A stretch of DNA of 64,000 nucleotides from an uncultured Planctomycetota bacterium (GTDB taxonomy: Bacteria > Planctomycetota > PLA2 > JAEUHO01): assembly GCA_963752285.1 (NCBI GenBank), contig CAVVXN010000004.1:64001-128000 (forward strand). Direction: 5' to 3'. Under the pieces are notes generated by a model, which was given only the letters and a program-made list of their open reading frames with translations, did not search any database and had not been told where the DNA came from. Shown here in pieces: positions 1 through 11,201 of the stretch. Each line of letters starts with the position of its first letter. The first letter of the stretch is position 1. A program made the translations under genes and the position numbers.

Positions 1-1
1 G

Positions 2-385
2 ATCGACGCGCGGTACGCCGGCCAGGCCTTCGAGGTGACCGTGCCCCTCGGCGCGCGCTGGCGGGCCGCGTTCGACGCCGCCCACGCCGCGCGCTACGGC
101 TTCGAGGACCCCGCCCGACCCGTCGAGGTCGTGCGTCTCCGCGTCCGCGGAACCGGCCACGAGGACGGGCCGGTCCGGCCCGCCGCGCGTCGCGCGGTCC
201 ACGCGGCGTCGCGTCCGATCGTGCCCCGCGCGGGCCACCCGGTCCCGCGTGCGGACCTCGCGCCCGGCGCGCGCGTCGTAGGCCCCGCCGTGATCGTGGA
301 GACGACCGCGACGACCTGGGTCCCGCGTGGCTGGCGGGCGACCGTCGGCGCGGCGGGCGACCTCGTCTTGGAGCGAAGCCGATGA
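2..385 (+). CDS. Hydantoinase A/oxoprolinase family protein, C-terminal part (5' end outside window)
   Basis: Frame from base 2 reads IDARYAGQAFEVTVP...FDAAHAARYGF...GPAVIVETTATTWVPRGW, typical HyuA C-terminus; stop overlaps start of the B subunit. Confidence 0.88.
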   Translation: MDARYAGQAFEVTVPLGARWRAAFDAAHAARYGFEDPARPVEVVRLRVRGTGHEDGPVRPAARRAVHAASRPIVPRAGHPVPRADLAPGARVVGPAVIVETTATTWVPRGWRATVGAAGDLVLERSR

Positions 386-1991
386 GCGAGGCCACGGGAC
401 GCGCGGTGCAGCTCGGGCTCCTTCGCGAGCTCCTCGAGAGCGTGGCGGAGGAGATGGCCGAGGTCGCCGTCCGCACCGCGGTGTCGTCGAACATCAAGGA
501 GCGGCGGGACCTCAGCGCCGCGGTGTTCGACGGGCACGGCACGATGGTCGCCCACGCCGCGCACATCCCCGTACACCTCGGCGCGATGCCGCTCTCCGTC
601 CGGGCCGTTCTCGACCGCGTGCCGCTCGCGCGGGGCGACGTGGCGCTCGTGAACGACCCCTACGCGGGGGGACGCACCTCCCCGACGTGACCGCGGTCGC
701 GCCCGTCTTCGCCCGCGGCGGTCGGAAGCCCGCGTTCGCGGTGGCCGTGCGCGCCCACCACGCCGACATCGGAGGCGCCGCGCCCGGCTCGATGGCGCCG
801 CAGTCGGACGTCTTCGCGGAGGGGCTGCGGATCCCGCCGGTCCGCTGGATCCGCGGCGGCGTCGAGGACCCCGACCTGACGCGCCTCCTCCTCGCGAACG
901 TGCGCGACGAGGCGGAGCGCCGCGCGGACCTCGCGGCGCAGGTGGGCGCGCTCGCGTGCGGCGTCCGGCGTCTCGACGCCCTCGGCCGGCGCGAGGGCGG
1001 GCTCGGCGTCCTCGCGCGCCGCGCCCGTTCGCTCGTGCACTACGCGCGGAAGATGGCCGGCCACGCGCTCTCGGCGCTCCCCGACGGCGCGGCGCGCGTG
1101 CGCCTCCGGCTCGAGGTCGAGACCCTCGAAGGCGGGCCGGCCGGGCTCAAGCTCGCGCTCTCGAAGCGGGGCGACCGCCTCCACGTGGACTTCGCGGGCA
1201 CGTCGGGGCCCGTGCGAGACGGCCTGAACGCACCGGCCGCCGTCACGCGAAGCGCCGTGTACTACCTGCTCGGCTGCCTCGCCCCGCCCGACACGCCCGC
1301 GAACGACGGTCTCCTCGCGTGCGCGACGATCGCGATCCCCGGGGGCTCGTTCCTCGACGCGCGGCCGCCGCTGGCCGTCGCGGGTGGCAACGTCGAGACG
1401 AGCCAGCGCGTCGTGGACGCGCTCTGGCTCGCCGCGGGCCGGCTCTGGCCCGACCGCGTGCCTGCGCCGGGCGCGGGCACCATGTCGAACTGGACGTTCG
1501 GTCCGGTGCCCGGCGGCCCCGTGTTCCCGTCGTACTACGAGACGGTGCCGGCCGGCGCGGGCGGCGGTCCGGCGGGACCGGGCGCGGACGCGATCCAGCA
1601 GCACATGACCAACACGCGTTCGACGCCGGTCGAGGTGCTCGAGTCGCGCTGGCCGGTGCGTGTCGAGCGCCACGCGATCCGCGCCGTGAGCGGCGGGCTC
1701 GGCCGCGCGCGGGGGGGCGACGGCGTCTCGAAGAGTGTGCGTTTCCTCGCGCCGGCCGTGGTGTCGCTCCTGATGACGCGGCACGAGGAGCCGCCGCCCG
1801 GCGCGGCGGGCGGCCGCGCGGGACAGCCGGGACGGGCTACCCTCACGTCGGGGGGACGGACCCGGGTGCTCGAACCGCGCGGACGGGTCGTCGTCGAGGC
1901 CGGCGACGTGCTGACGGTCGAGACGCCCGGTGGCGGCGGATGGGGGCGGCTGGGGGCGCGCCGCGTTGGAGACGCCGCCGACGGCCGGTAA
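382..1991 (+). CDS. Hydantoinase B/oxoprolinase family protein (frameshift at ~666-671)
   Basis: SSNIKERRDLS, HIPVHLG, NDPY-GG-THLPD, HHADIGG, GGNVETSQR, MTNT motifs; ORFs 382..690 and 327..1991 join if one G is added to the G-run at 666-671. Confidence 0.88.
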
Positions 1992-2011
1992 CCTTGGCGG
2001 TTTCCGAGGCG

Positions 2012-2836
2012 ATGGGAGGCTCCGTGGGCATCCGACCCGAGTTCCGTTGGTGGCTGCTCACCCTGGCCATCGTGGCGGTGCTGCTCGGGATCTCGGCCCT
2101 CGCCCTCCAGCACCCCGACGTGGTGTGGACCGGGGGGGCCCCGCACTGCCCGCAGTGCCGTGCCGAGGTGCCCTTCTACGCCACCCGCTGTCCGACCTGC
2201 CGCGAGCAGTTCGACTGGGCCGTCGCGCCGGAGGAGACGAGCCCGCTCTCGCCGTTCAGCCTCTCGCCCCTCGAGGCCACGGCCGTGCGGGTCCGCATCA
2301 AGGCCCTCGGCGAGCCGGAGGCCGCGCGGCGCGTGGCGAAGGCGCTCGACATCACGTCGCCGGCGGCGGAGCGCTACCTGCAGGCGCTCGGTACGGGGCG
2401 GTGCGGGTGGTGCGGGGGGACCGGCACCGACCCGGCGACCGCGACCGGCGAGTCGGCGCGCCCCTGCCCCGTGTGCCTCGGCCGCGGCTACTGCATCGCC
2501 TGCAACGGCGACCGGCGGGTCCGGATGGGCGATCCCGGAGCGGGTGCGGCCTTCCGCGCCTACGCGACGGCGCTGCAGGACGTCGCGCCCTGGCTGCCCC
2601 TCGAGGACCAGCGCGCCGAGGCCCGGCGCCTCGGCGAGCTCTTCGTGCGCCGGTGGTCGGGGACCGTCGAGGCGACGTACGTGGTGTTCTGGCCGACGTG
2701 GGAGGTGGGGAAGACCCCCTGGCTCGATCACCCCGACAGCCTGTCCGAGAAGTTGGCCCCCGTGGAGCCCACGACCGCGGTGGGGATGGCCCGGCGTAGG
2801 CTGGACGAGGTGGTGGCGGCGCTGGAGGCCGAGTGA
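2012..2836 (+). CDS. Membrane-anchored zinc-ribbon / DnaJ-type Zn-finger protein
   Basis: 3' part of ORF 956..2836: TM helix (WWLLTLAIVAVLLGISALAL), CPQC..CPTC, CGWCGGTG, CPVCLGRG, CIACNG; start ATG 2012 or GTG 2024. Confidence 0.75.
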   Translation: MGGSVGIRPEFRWWLLTLAIVAVLLGISALALQHPDVVWTGGAPHCPQCRAEVPFYATRCPTCREQFDWAVAPEETSPLSPFSLSPLEATAVRVRIKALGEPEAARRVAKALDITSPAAERYLQALGTGRCGWCGGTGTDPATATGESARPCPVCLGRGYCIACNGDRRVRMGDPGAGAAFRAYATALQDVAPWLPLEDQRAEARRLGELFVRRWSGTVEATYVVFWPTWEVGKTPWLDHPDSLSEKLAPVEPTTAVGMARRRLDEVVAALEAE

Positions 2837-4371
2837 GCTCCGACTCCCCCTTCGTCCGACGATCCGCGACCCGGCTCGCGGCCCGGGCTCCGCGTGCGCC
2901 GCGTCGTCGATCGCTTCACGCCGTGCGGGTCGCGGGACTCGTCGCCGGGATCGTCGCGGGGCTCCTCGCCACCCGGCCCGCGCGGGCCGACGAGGGGGAG
3001 GCGGCCACGCCCGAGAACCCCCTCGCGGCGGCGTACGAGGCGGCGCGCTCCGGCGACCTGGACCGCGCGCTCGACCTCACCGAGCCCGTCGCGGCCACGG
3101 ACGACGCGTCCGCGTACGCGCTGACGGTCCGAGGCTGGGTGCTGTCGAAGGCGGGGCGGAAGGAGGAGGCGGAGGCGGCCTACCGACGCGCGCTCGCGCT
3201 CCAGCCCGACGATCCCGTCGTGATGAACAACCTCGGCGCCGTCCTCCTCGACCTCGGGCGCGCCGACGAGGCGGAGTCCCAGTTCCGTCGCGCCCTCGCC
3301 ATCCGTCCCGGGTACGCGGACGCCGAGAACAACCTCGGGGCCGCGCTCGAGCGTCGCGGTCGGACCGAGGAGGCGGAGCGCGCGTATCGACGCGCCACGG
3401 CCGCCGACCCCGGCAGCGCGACCGCGCTCAACAACCTCGGCGCACTCGCCCTGAAGCAGGGCAAGGACGACGAGGCGCGCCGCGCGCTCGCCAAGGCTCA
3501 CGACCTCGACCCGAAGCTCGGCGCCCCCGTGCTGAACCTCCTGCTCCTCGGGGGTCAGGACCTGAAGGCGGGCGAGGCGTTCGAACGCCTGCAGGCCGCC
3601 GCCAACGAACCGGGCGCGCCCGCGTCGGTCCGCGCGCGGGCGTTCGCGGCGCTGGCGGGACGCGCGGCCTCGGGTCGTCGCTTCGAGGAGGCGCTGGACC
3701 TGTACGGGAGGGCCCTCGCGCTCGCGCCCGACGACGCCGCGCTCCTGAACAACATGGCGGTCGTAGAGGACCAGCTCGGCATGGAGCGCGAAGCGATGCT
3801 CCATCTCGACTCCGCGATGCGTGCGAACCCCCAAAGCCTCGTCTCCCGGAACAACATCGGCATCGTCCAGGTGCATCGCGGCAACCTGGACCTCGCCGAG
3901 GACACGTTTCGCCAGATTCTCGCCGGCGATCCCGACTTCCACCGCGCTCACTACAACCTCGGCGTCGTCCTCGCCGCGGCGGGTCGCCAGCGCGAGGCGC
4001 TTCAGTCGTTCGAGCGCGCGGCGAAGCTCGCGCCGAAGGACGCCGAGGTCCGCTACGACCTGGGACTGCTCCGGCGCAGCCTCGGCGGCTCGCAGGCGTC
4101 CGAGAAGGCGGCCTACGAGGAAGCCCTGGCCCTCGACCCGGACCTCGCCGAGGCGCACCTCTCCCTCGGCTGCCTCCTCGCCGACCCGCAGACCGAGACC
4201 TCCCTCCGCGACGAAGCCGAGGCGCGAAGGCACCTGGTCCGCTTCCTGGAGCTCTCCCTCCCGAGCGACGGCGCCGGCCGCCAGGAGGCCGAGTCCTGGC
4301 TCCACTGGCTCGAGGGGCGCGCCGACGCGTCCGACGGAGGGCCCCGGGGGCTAGAATCTCCCCGGAGGTGA
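2833..4371 (+). CDS. Secreted tetratricopeptide-repeat protein
   Basis: Signal-like hydrophobic stretch ending ARA-D; many TPR units (NNLGA..., YNLG, AL.L.P). Confidence 0.85.
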   Translation: MSSDSPFVRRSATRLAARAPRAPRRRSLHAVRVAGLVAGIVAGLLATRPARADEGEAATPENPLAAAYEAARSGDLDRALDLTEPVAATDDASAYALTVRGWVLSKAGRKEEAEAAYRRALALQPDDPVVMNNLGAVLLDLGRADEAESQFRRALAIRPGYADAENNLGAALERRGRTEEAERAYRRATAADPGSATALNNLGALALKQGKDDEARRALAKAHDLDPKLGAPVLNLLLLGGQDLKAGEAFERLQAAANEPGAPASVRARAFAALAGRAASGRRFEEALDLYGRALALAPDDAALLNNMAVVEDQLGMEREAMLHLDSAMRANPQSLVSRNNIGIVQVHRGNLDLAEDTFRQILAGDPDFHRAHYNLGVVLAAAGRQREALQSFERAAKLAPKDAEVRYDLGLLRRSLGGSQASEKAAYEEALALDPDLAEAHLSLGCLLADPQTETSLRDEAEARRHLVRFLELSLPSDGAGRQEAESWLHWLEGRADASDGGPRGLESPRR

Positions 4372-4375
4372 CGTC

Positions 4376-5403
4376 ATGCGTCGTGCCTCGTGGGGAACGG
4401 GCCTGCTCGCGTCGAGCCTGGCCCTGGCGCTCTGGGGAGGCGCGGCGCACGCGAACACCACGCCGCCAGGCACCCCGCTCGCCGCGCAGGTGATCGTGCG
4501 GAGCAAGAAGGACCTCGCGGACGCCATGCTCGTGGCGCTGCAGGGCTCGAACACGGGAGGGCTCGAGGGTCGGCCGGTGCTCGTCGTGGTGGACGTCACG
4601 CCGAACACCGAGCGCGCGGCCCCGAAGATCCGCGAGGCGTTCTCTACGCTCGCGGGCTCGGCCGCCGACGCGGCCTCCTGGTCGGTCGCGGCGCTCGGCG
4701 GGAAGCCGTCGGACGCGGTGCCCACCGCCGCCGAGCTCTCGCCGCTGCTCGCGGTCGTGCTGGCGAAGGAGACGGACGTCCCCTCGACGTTCACGGCGCT
4801 CTCGAAGACGATTCGGGGGTGGCGTACGGAAGGCGGCGTCGTCCTCTACCTGGCCGACTGGCGGTTCGAGGACGACATCGACCTCGAGAGCGTCATCGAC
4901 AGGCTCCGGGACAAGCGGACGACGCTCTCCGTGGTCGGGACGGAGGCCGCGTTCGGCCGCGCCTGGAACGACGGGTTCCGCGAGGGAACCGACCGGTTCA
5001 CGGACGACGTCCGAGGGATCTCGACGACGCCGTACTGGGACGGCATCGGTCGCGATCCCTTCGGCGGGAAGGACGAGAAGGCCCCGTGGCACGGCGGGGA
5101 CGCCGCGTACCCGCTCGCGGCCTACCGCTGGGACATGTTCCTGTGGCAGACGCAGTTCTCGCAAGCCGACTGGGAACTCGCCCGTCTCGACGACGAGACC
5201 TCGCCCGGTTCCGGGGCACGCCCTTCGGCGAGGAGATCGCGATGAACGAGATCAAGACGGCGCGGCCCACGCACTGGGAGCGCGTGGACCAGGTCCCGGG
5301 CACCGGACGGTCGCCGAGCGAGTCCACCGACACGCCGCATCCGACGCCGAAGCCCCCGGCGGGCGGCTCGGCCGGCGGCGGACCGACGACGGGCGGCGGA
5401 TAG
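4376..5403 (+). pseudogene. Secreted vWA-like hypothetical protein, frame-broken near 5200 (possibly internally deleted)
   Basis: Signal peptide (AHA-N), SD GGAGGTGA, VVVDVT vWA-like strand; protein-like sequence switches from frame 4376..5245 to frame 4390..5403 (DLARFRGTPFGEEIA...GPTTGGG) at ~5195-5210. Confidence 0.5.
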
Positions 5404-5504
5404 GAGCCGGCCCGCCGGGCCGCCCGCACCGAGGGCGACCGGCAGTCCGCGCCTCGACGCTCCGCCCGAACGAGCGGCCGAGCAAGCGGCCGACGACTGC
5501 CGCG

Positions 5505-6664
5505 TCACGGCGGCGCGCGCGGCCGCCCGGCCTGCCCGTCCCGCGCCCGTCGTGCGGCGGGCTCACCGCGCGCTCCTCCTGCGGCGCGCTCGCCGCGCGC
5601 CCGCCCTGCGGCGGGCTCACCACGCGCCCGTCCTGCGGCGCGCTCGCGCCGCCGCCGCCGCGGCGTCTTCCCGACCGCCCGGAGCAGCCACGCCGGCCGC
5701 TCGGGCGGCTCGCGATCCTCGGGGAGGGGCTTGGGCGCGAGGAACGCGCCCGTCGCCGCGATCACGAACAGCGGTCGCCCGTCCGTGGACCAGCACCGAA
5801 GCGCGATCATCCCCAGCGTCGTAGTTCTTGTGGTGGACCACGCAGCCGTCGAAGAGGTCCTTCGCCTCCCGACCGCTCCCGTCCGCGTGCGGCCTCACGT
5901 GGCACAGCTCCGCCGCTACGCGCGTGCAGAGCCCGACCTCGCACAGGCCTCCCGAACGCCGACGGATCGCCCGGACCACCTCCGCCGGGACCTCCCGGTC
6001 CCCGGGGCGCTCTTCGGTCGGCGGAAGACGCCGCGGCCTGGGCTCCTTCCGCGTCGGGTCCCACCGTGCCCGGTACGCGTACGCGAGCACCGCCAGGAGC
6101 TGGCCGTTGTCGATCGCGCACTCGGCCTTCTTCTTCGCGATCCTGCGGCACGCCCGCAGGTCGTCCGCGGCGTCGGGTCCCACGTGCGCGACGAAGGTCG
6201 TGACGTCGGACTCCGGCGCGACGTGACGTCGCGCGGCCAGGCGGCGTCCCACGCGACGGCGGAGCGCGCCGACGCGCAAGGACCTGGCGAGGTCGAGCCA
6301 GTCGTCGCCCGCCTCGAGGTAGCGCTCCGGGTCTACGAAGACGTCGCCGAGCAGGATGGCCGCCGCGAAGGAGATCCCGCCCGCGCGGACCTCCTCCTCC
6401 AGGCCGGGCAGGCGCTCCAAGGCGTAGCCGAGCATCAGGAGCTGACGCCCCCGCGCGCCGTCGAACCCGTAGCGCTCGGAGAGCTCCCAGGTCGAGGCGG
6501 CGCTCTCCCACACGCAGGAGCCCTGCTCGTGGAGGCGGACCATCAGCTTCGCGTAGGCGATCTCGGCGTCGCCGAGCGCGCGGCTCCGGGCCCGCAGGAG
6601 CGCGATCCCCTCGGGGTCCTCTCTCCGCGGAGGGTCGCCGGTCGATGCGCCGTACTCGGAGCAT
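5505..6664 (-). CDS. DUF222-like / HNH endonuclease domain protein (frameshifts at ~5811 and probably ~6660)
   Basis: Helical N-terminal region then VPAEVVRAIRRRSGGLCEVGLC..ELCH..P...GSG..KDLFDGCVVHH; extra G at 5811-5814 joins it to ORF 5505..5810; start uncertain. Confidence 0.7.
5551..5655. repeat. 27-bp imperfect tandem repeat (~4 copies)
   Basis: Units such as cctgcggcgcgctcgccgcgcgcccgc / cctgcggcgggctcaccacgcgcccgt in the 3' end of the HNH gene. Confidence 0.75.
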
Positions 6665-6872
6665 GCCGCCCTCGGAGACTCCGCGCTCGGAGGGGCAGCC
6701 CTCGGAGGGGCGGCGACTCGGGGTCGCTTCGTTCGTGGAGTTCGCGTTCCGACAGCGCGAACGAAACGATAACGAATCGGGGGGGACAGTCCCGGAGAGC
6801 CCGGGAATGGGGGTCCGGAGCCGGGCGGCGTGGGAACCGGCGGCGGCCGCGAGGGGTCGCGGCGCCCCCGCG

Positions 6873-8780
6873 TCAGCGGGCGGGCGCCTCCGCCCGCGCG
6901 GTGCCGGCGCCGGCGCGCCGGTGCGCAGCCCATCGCGTGGCCGGCACCGACTCGAAACGGCGGTCGCGCTTCGGGTCCGGGCCGGGCGGGATGTCGTGCG
7001 GCGCGGGACCGCCGTCCGGCGACATCATCAGAACGCGCGTGTGCGGCACGTCCGACGCGCGCACGACCGGTCCCCGGAGGAGCTTCCACATCCACCACGG
7101 CGTGCGCCGCAGGTTCCACAAGAGGCCGCACATTCCGAACACCTGGTAGAAGGCGTCGTACAGGCCGTGCTTGCGGTTCTTCGGCCACACGAGGGCCTTC
7201 ACGAACCGGAGCGGGTTGTAGAACCACGCGTAGGCGAGGACCCCGTTCAGCTGGCGCTGCCAGGGACGGGGATGACGCGACGCCACGACGTAGTTCCCGC
7301 CGAGCATCGACTCGTCCACGTCGTGGTCGCCGACGCGCGCGTACGCGAGACCGCTCTCGTAGGTCTCGTTGAAGAGCTTGGATCCGTGCGCGGGACCGAG
7401 GTAGAGAACCTGAAACGTCATCGCGCCCGCGTTGCGGAGCAGCTGCGTCTGGTTGATCAGCCCGCGGGCGTTCTTGAGCGATACGAGCGGCTGTCCGTCG
7501 TCGTGCATCATCATGGGCATCGGGTGGATGCGGGCGTCGCGCAACGCCCGGAAGACCTCGCGGGTCTTGTCGATCGACTGGCCCTTCTTGACCAGCGTCG
7601 CCGTCATGTCCTCCACACCGAGCCACAACGCCCGCGCGCCCGCGCGTCGCACGAGGCCCAGGTGCTCGCGCATCTCGTACGTGTCGTGAACCGTGACCTC
7701 GGTGCCCCAGCGCACGCGCTTCGCGAGAGGCGTTCCGTCGGAGAGCCGCGCCCGCGCGAGCGCCTCGACGATCGACAGGGTCCGCTCCTTGCGGTTGAAG
7801 AAGTTGTCGTCCGTGCCGAAGAACCAGGGAATGCCGTACGTCTCGCGGAGCGACCGGAACTCGTGCACGAGCCGTTCGGGGCTCTTCTGACGATCCTGGT
7901 GCTGGTTGTAGGCGGGGATCGGACAGTAGGGGCACCGGAACTTGCAGCCGTACGTCATCTCGAGCGAGGCGACGGGCGTGTACCGCCGGACCCGCTCGGG
8001 CAAGAGCGGGCGCGGCGCGAGCTCGCTGCGCCGGCTCGGGGCCTCGAGACACGAGTACCCGAGGACCGGGTCGGGCAGCTCGTCGAGGTCCTGTAGCAGT
8101 CGCTGCATCCCCGTGTCCACGAGCGTCTCCGCGACCCCGTCCTCGGGGCCGCGCGCGTACACGAGGCCCGGTACGTGATCGAGCCACCCGCGGTCCCGGC
8201 AACGAAGGAAGGTCTGGCGCAGGGTCTCCCTAGGCGACCGCTCCTCGAGGAGGACCTCGAGAAGAGAGAGGAGCACGAAGACCTCACCGGTCGAAGCGAC
8301 GTCCGCACCCCACGGGTCCCCAGGGTCGCTCCCGAACACGCGCCAGGGCTCGTAGTTCGTTCGTGGCCCGCCGGCGATCACGAGCGGCCGATGGGCGGCG
8401 GGGATCTGGTTCGCCCGGCGGATCAGGCGGTCCATCTCGCGACCGTGGAGCCCCATGCTGCTCACGCAGAAGAGGTCCGGTCGCCGGCCGTCGATCTGCA
8501 TCGCCGCGGGATCGAAGCGACGGTTCCACTGCTGGAGGACGACCCGGGTGCGCGCGACGCCCGCGTCGAGCAGCGCCGCGGCGACGGCGCGCGGACCCCC
8601 CGGCGCCATGCGCCGGTCGATGAAGATGAAGGGCAGCACGCGCGTCCGATGGTCGAAGGCGTAGGCCACGACGGCGGAGAGGTCGCGACCCGAGGCGAGC
8701 GCACGGACGCGCTCGCGGAGCGCACGCATCGCCCCGGGAGGCAAGAGCTCGTCGCCTGCGGCGCGGAACGGCAGCTCCAT
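6873..8780 (-). CDS. B12-binding-domain radical SAM protein
   Basis: YGCKFRCPYC CxxxCxxC motif, IAGGP, GTDDNFF, WLGVE; ATG 8780 has GGAG SD (GTG 8804 alternative). Confidence 0.9.
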   Translation of the reverse strand: MELPFRAAGDELLPPGAMRALRERVRALASGRDLSAVVAYAFDHRTRVLPFIFIDRRMAPGGPRAVAAALLDAGVARTRVVLQQWNRRFDPAAMQIDGRRPDLFCVSSMGLHGREMDRLIRRANQIPAAHRPLVIAGGPRTNYEPWRVFGSDPGDPWGADVASTGEVFVLLSLLEVLLEERSPRETLRQTFLRCRDRGWLDHVPGLVYARGPEDGVAETLVDTGMQRLLQDLDELPDPVLGYSCLEAPSRRSELAPRPLLPERVRRYTPVASLEMTYGCKFRCPYCPIPAYNQHQDRQKSPERLVHEFRSLRETYGIPWFFGTDDNFFNRKERTLSIVEALARARLSDGTPLAKRVRWGTEVTVHDTYEMREHLGLVRRAGARALWLGVEDMTATLVKKGQSIDKTREVFRALRDARIHPMPMMMHDDGQPLVSLKNARGLINQTQLLRNAGAMTFQVLYLGPAHGSKLFNETYESGLAYARVGDHDVDESMLGGNYVVASRHPRPWQRQLNGVLAYAWFYNPLRFVKALVWPKNRKHGLYDAFYQVFGMCGLLWNLRRTPWWMWKLLRGPVVRASDVPHTRVLMMSPDGGPAPHDIPPGPDPKRDRRFESVPATRWAAHRRAGAGTARAEAPAR

Positions 8781-9228
8781 CCCGGACTCTCCTCGCGTCC
8801 CCACGGCGCGAACAGAGGGTACCGGCCCGCCTGGCGGACGCGGGCGAGAGAAACACAGGGGGCTCGTGGACCGCGCGCTGCGTGTTCGGGGGCCGAAAGA
8901 CCTCGGAGGCCGATCCGGGCGGGATCTCGCACGTGCGCTCGGGCTCCCCGGTCGTGACGCTCCCGGGCCCCACCCAGCGCCAGCCGGCGACGCGCTCGGT
9001 CGAAACCCCGCCGCCGACGGAGTCCACGGCCGGTTCTGCCGATCCCTGGGTGGTGCGGGGCCGCGGGCCCGGAGAAACCGACCGCGTGGCGTCCGAACCC
9101 ACGCCGCCTTCGCCCTCCGGGCGCGGACCTCGCGCGCTCTTCGCGGTCGCCGCCGACCTCGATGGAGACGTCCTCCGAGCGACGCTCGCCGGTCACGACG
9201 CCTGCGGGTTCACACCCACCGACCCGCC

Positions 9229-10464
9229 TCACTCGTAGCGGAGCGCGTCGATCGGGTCGAGGCGGCTCGCGCGGTAGGCGGGGTAGAAGCCGAAGAGAAT
9301 GCCCACGGCGGCCGAAAAGACGACGGCGACCACGATCGCGGCGGGGGAGACCATCGCGGGCCAGTGCGCGTAGTGCGACACGGTCAGCGCGCCGCCGACG
9401 CCGAGGCCGATGCCGAGGAGGCCTCCGATCCCGGAGAGCACCACGGACTCGACGAGGAACTGGGCGAGGACGTCGCGGCTCCGCGCGCCGACGGCCATGC
9501 GGAGGCCGATCTCGCGGGTCCGCTCGGTCACCGAGACGAGCATGATGTTCATGATCCCGATGCCGCCGACGAGCAACGACACGGAGGCGATCGCCGCGAG
9601 GAGCGAGGTCATCACGCCCGTGGCGGCGGTCATCGCGCCGAGGATCTCGGTGAGGTTCCGGATCGTGAAGTCGTCGGGCAGGGGGGGGCCGCCGTTGCGG
9701 AAGAGGTGGTGGCTCGCCCGCAGCGCGTCGCCGATCTCCTTCTCGAGCTCGGGCAGCACGGCCGACGAATGCGCACCGACGAGGATCTGGTCCACGGTGT
9801 TGAACGGTGAGCCCTGGAGCTTCTTCTTGACCGTCGTGTAGGGCATGAACACGGCGTCGTCCTGGTCGGAGCCGAACGTGTTCGCGCCCTTCTTCGCGAG
9901 GAGGCCGACGACGCGGAAGGGGAGGCCCTTGATGCGCACGCGCTTGTCCACGGGGCTGTCGCCGGGGAAGAGGTTGTCGGCAACGGTCTGTCCCACGAGG
10001 CAGACCTGGGCGGCGACCTTCACGTCCTGGTCGGTGAAGAGCTGGCCATCGACGACGTTCCAGTCGCGCACGCGGAAGAAGTCCGGATTGCATCCCTGCA
10101 CGGTCGAGGGCGCCCAGTTCATGTCCTGGTACACGACCTGCGCCCGCGTCCGGACGACCACCGCGACGCCGTCGGCCGACGGCGCGTCGCGTTCGATGGC
10201 CACCGCGTCCTGGGGCGTGAGCGTCTGCTGGGTCCCCGCCCCGAACATGACCGCGCCCGAGGAGGACGACCCCGGAAACACGATGAGCTGGTTCTGGCCC
10301 ATGCTCGAGATCTGCTGCTGGACCGACTGGGTCGCGCCCTGGCCGATGGCGACCATCGCGATGACCGCCGCGACGCCGATGATCACGCCGAGCATCGTCA
10401 GCGCGGAGCGCACGCGGTTTCGCATGAGGGCCCGGATCGCGATGCGGAGCGCCATGAACCTCAC
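9229..10464 (-). CDS. MacB/FtsX-family ABC transporter permease
   Basis: [58 protein letters not shown]. Confidence 0.95.
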   Translation of the reverse strand: MRFMALRIAIRALMRNRVRSALTMLGVIIGVAAVIAMVAIGQGATQSVQQQISSMGQNQLIVFPGSSSSGAVMFGAGTQQTLTPQDAVAIERDAPSADGVAVVVRTRAQVVYQDMNWAPSTVQGCNPDFFRVRDWNVVDGQLFTDQDVKVAAQVCLVGQTVADNLFPGDSPVDKRVRIKGLPFRVVGLLAKKGANTFGSDQDDAVFMPYTTVKKKLQGSPFNTVDQILVGAHSSAVLPELEKEIGDALRASHHLFRNGGPPLPDDFTIRNLTEILGAMTAATGVMTSLLAAIASVSLLVGGIGIMNIMLVSVTERTREIGLRMAVGARSRDVLAQFLVESVVLSGIGGLLGIGLGVGGALTVSHYAHWPAMVSPAAIVVAVVFSAAVGILFGFYPAYRASRLDPIDALRYE

Positions 10465-11192
10465 GGCGTGGGCTCCGTTCCCGACGCCGGACCGGCGATG
10501 AGGCGGTCCAGGATCGGCTCGTCGGCCTGGACTTGCCCGTCGCGCAACACGATGCGGCGCTTCGCGTGCTGGGCGATGTCGAGCTCGTGCGTGACGTACA
10601 CGATCGTGTTGCCCGCGTCGTTGAGCGCCTGGAAGAGCGCCATGATCTCGGTCGAGACGCGGGAGTCGAGGTTGCCGGTCGGCTCGTCGGCGAGGAGGAT
10701 CGTCGGTTCCGTCACGAGCGCGCGGGCGATCGCGACGCGTTGCTGCTGGCCGCCGGAAAGCTGGTTCGGACGGTGCCCCTCGCGGTCGGCGAGGCCCACC
10801 CGCGCGAGGGCCGCGCGCGCCCGGGAGCGCTGCTCGCGCGCCGGGATGTGCTTGGCGTAGAGGAGCGGCAGCTCCACGTTCTCGATCGCCGAGGTGCGCG
10901 AGAGGAGGTTGAACGACTGGAAGACGAACCCGATGCGTCGGTTGCGGAGCGCCGCCAGGCGGTCGCGCGAGAGCGTCGCGACGTCCGTGCCGTCGAGCAC
11001 GTACCGGCCGCGGGTGGGGCGGTCGAGACCGCCCAGGATCGCCATCAGCGTGGACTTGCCAGAGCCGGACGAGCCCATGATCGCCACGAACTCGCCGCGG
11101 TCCACGGAGAGGGTGACGCCGCGGAGCGCGGCGACCTCCATCTCGCCCATGCGGTAGACCTTCCAGACGTCCTGGACCTCGAGGACGGGCAC
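10461..11192 (-). CDS. ABC transporter ATP-binding protein (MacB/LolD type)
   Basis: [32 protein letters not shown]. Confidence 0.95.
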   Translation of the reverse strand: MPVLEVQDVWKVYRMGEMEVAALRGVTLSVDRGEFVAIMGSSGSGKSTLMAILGGLDRPTRGRYVLDGTDVATLSRDRLAALRNRRIGFVFQSFNLLSRTSAIENVELPLLYAKHIPAREQRSRARAALARVGLADREGHRPNQLSGGQQQRVAIARALVTEPTILLADEPTGNLDSRVSTEIMALFQALNDAGNTIVYVTHELDIAQHAKRRIVLRDGQVQADEPILDRLIAGPASGTEPTP

Positions 11193-11201
11193 GGGCCTCC
11201 T

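Noticed and set aside
5505..6790. HNH protein as an IscB/Cas9-like RNA-guided nuclease
   Set aside because: No RuvC motifs or PLMP start, and no array or long adjacent RNA is evident
8820..9228. Small ORF or cobalamin riboswitch upstream of the radical SAM gene
   Set aside because: ORFs look non-protein-like and no B12-box or other cobalamin riboswitch core motif was seen
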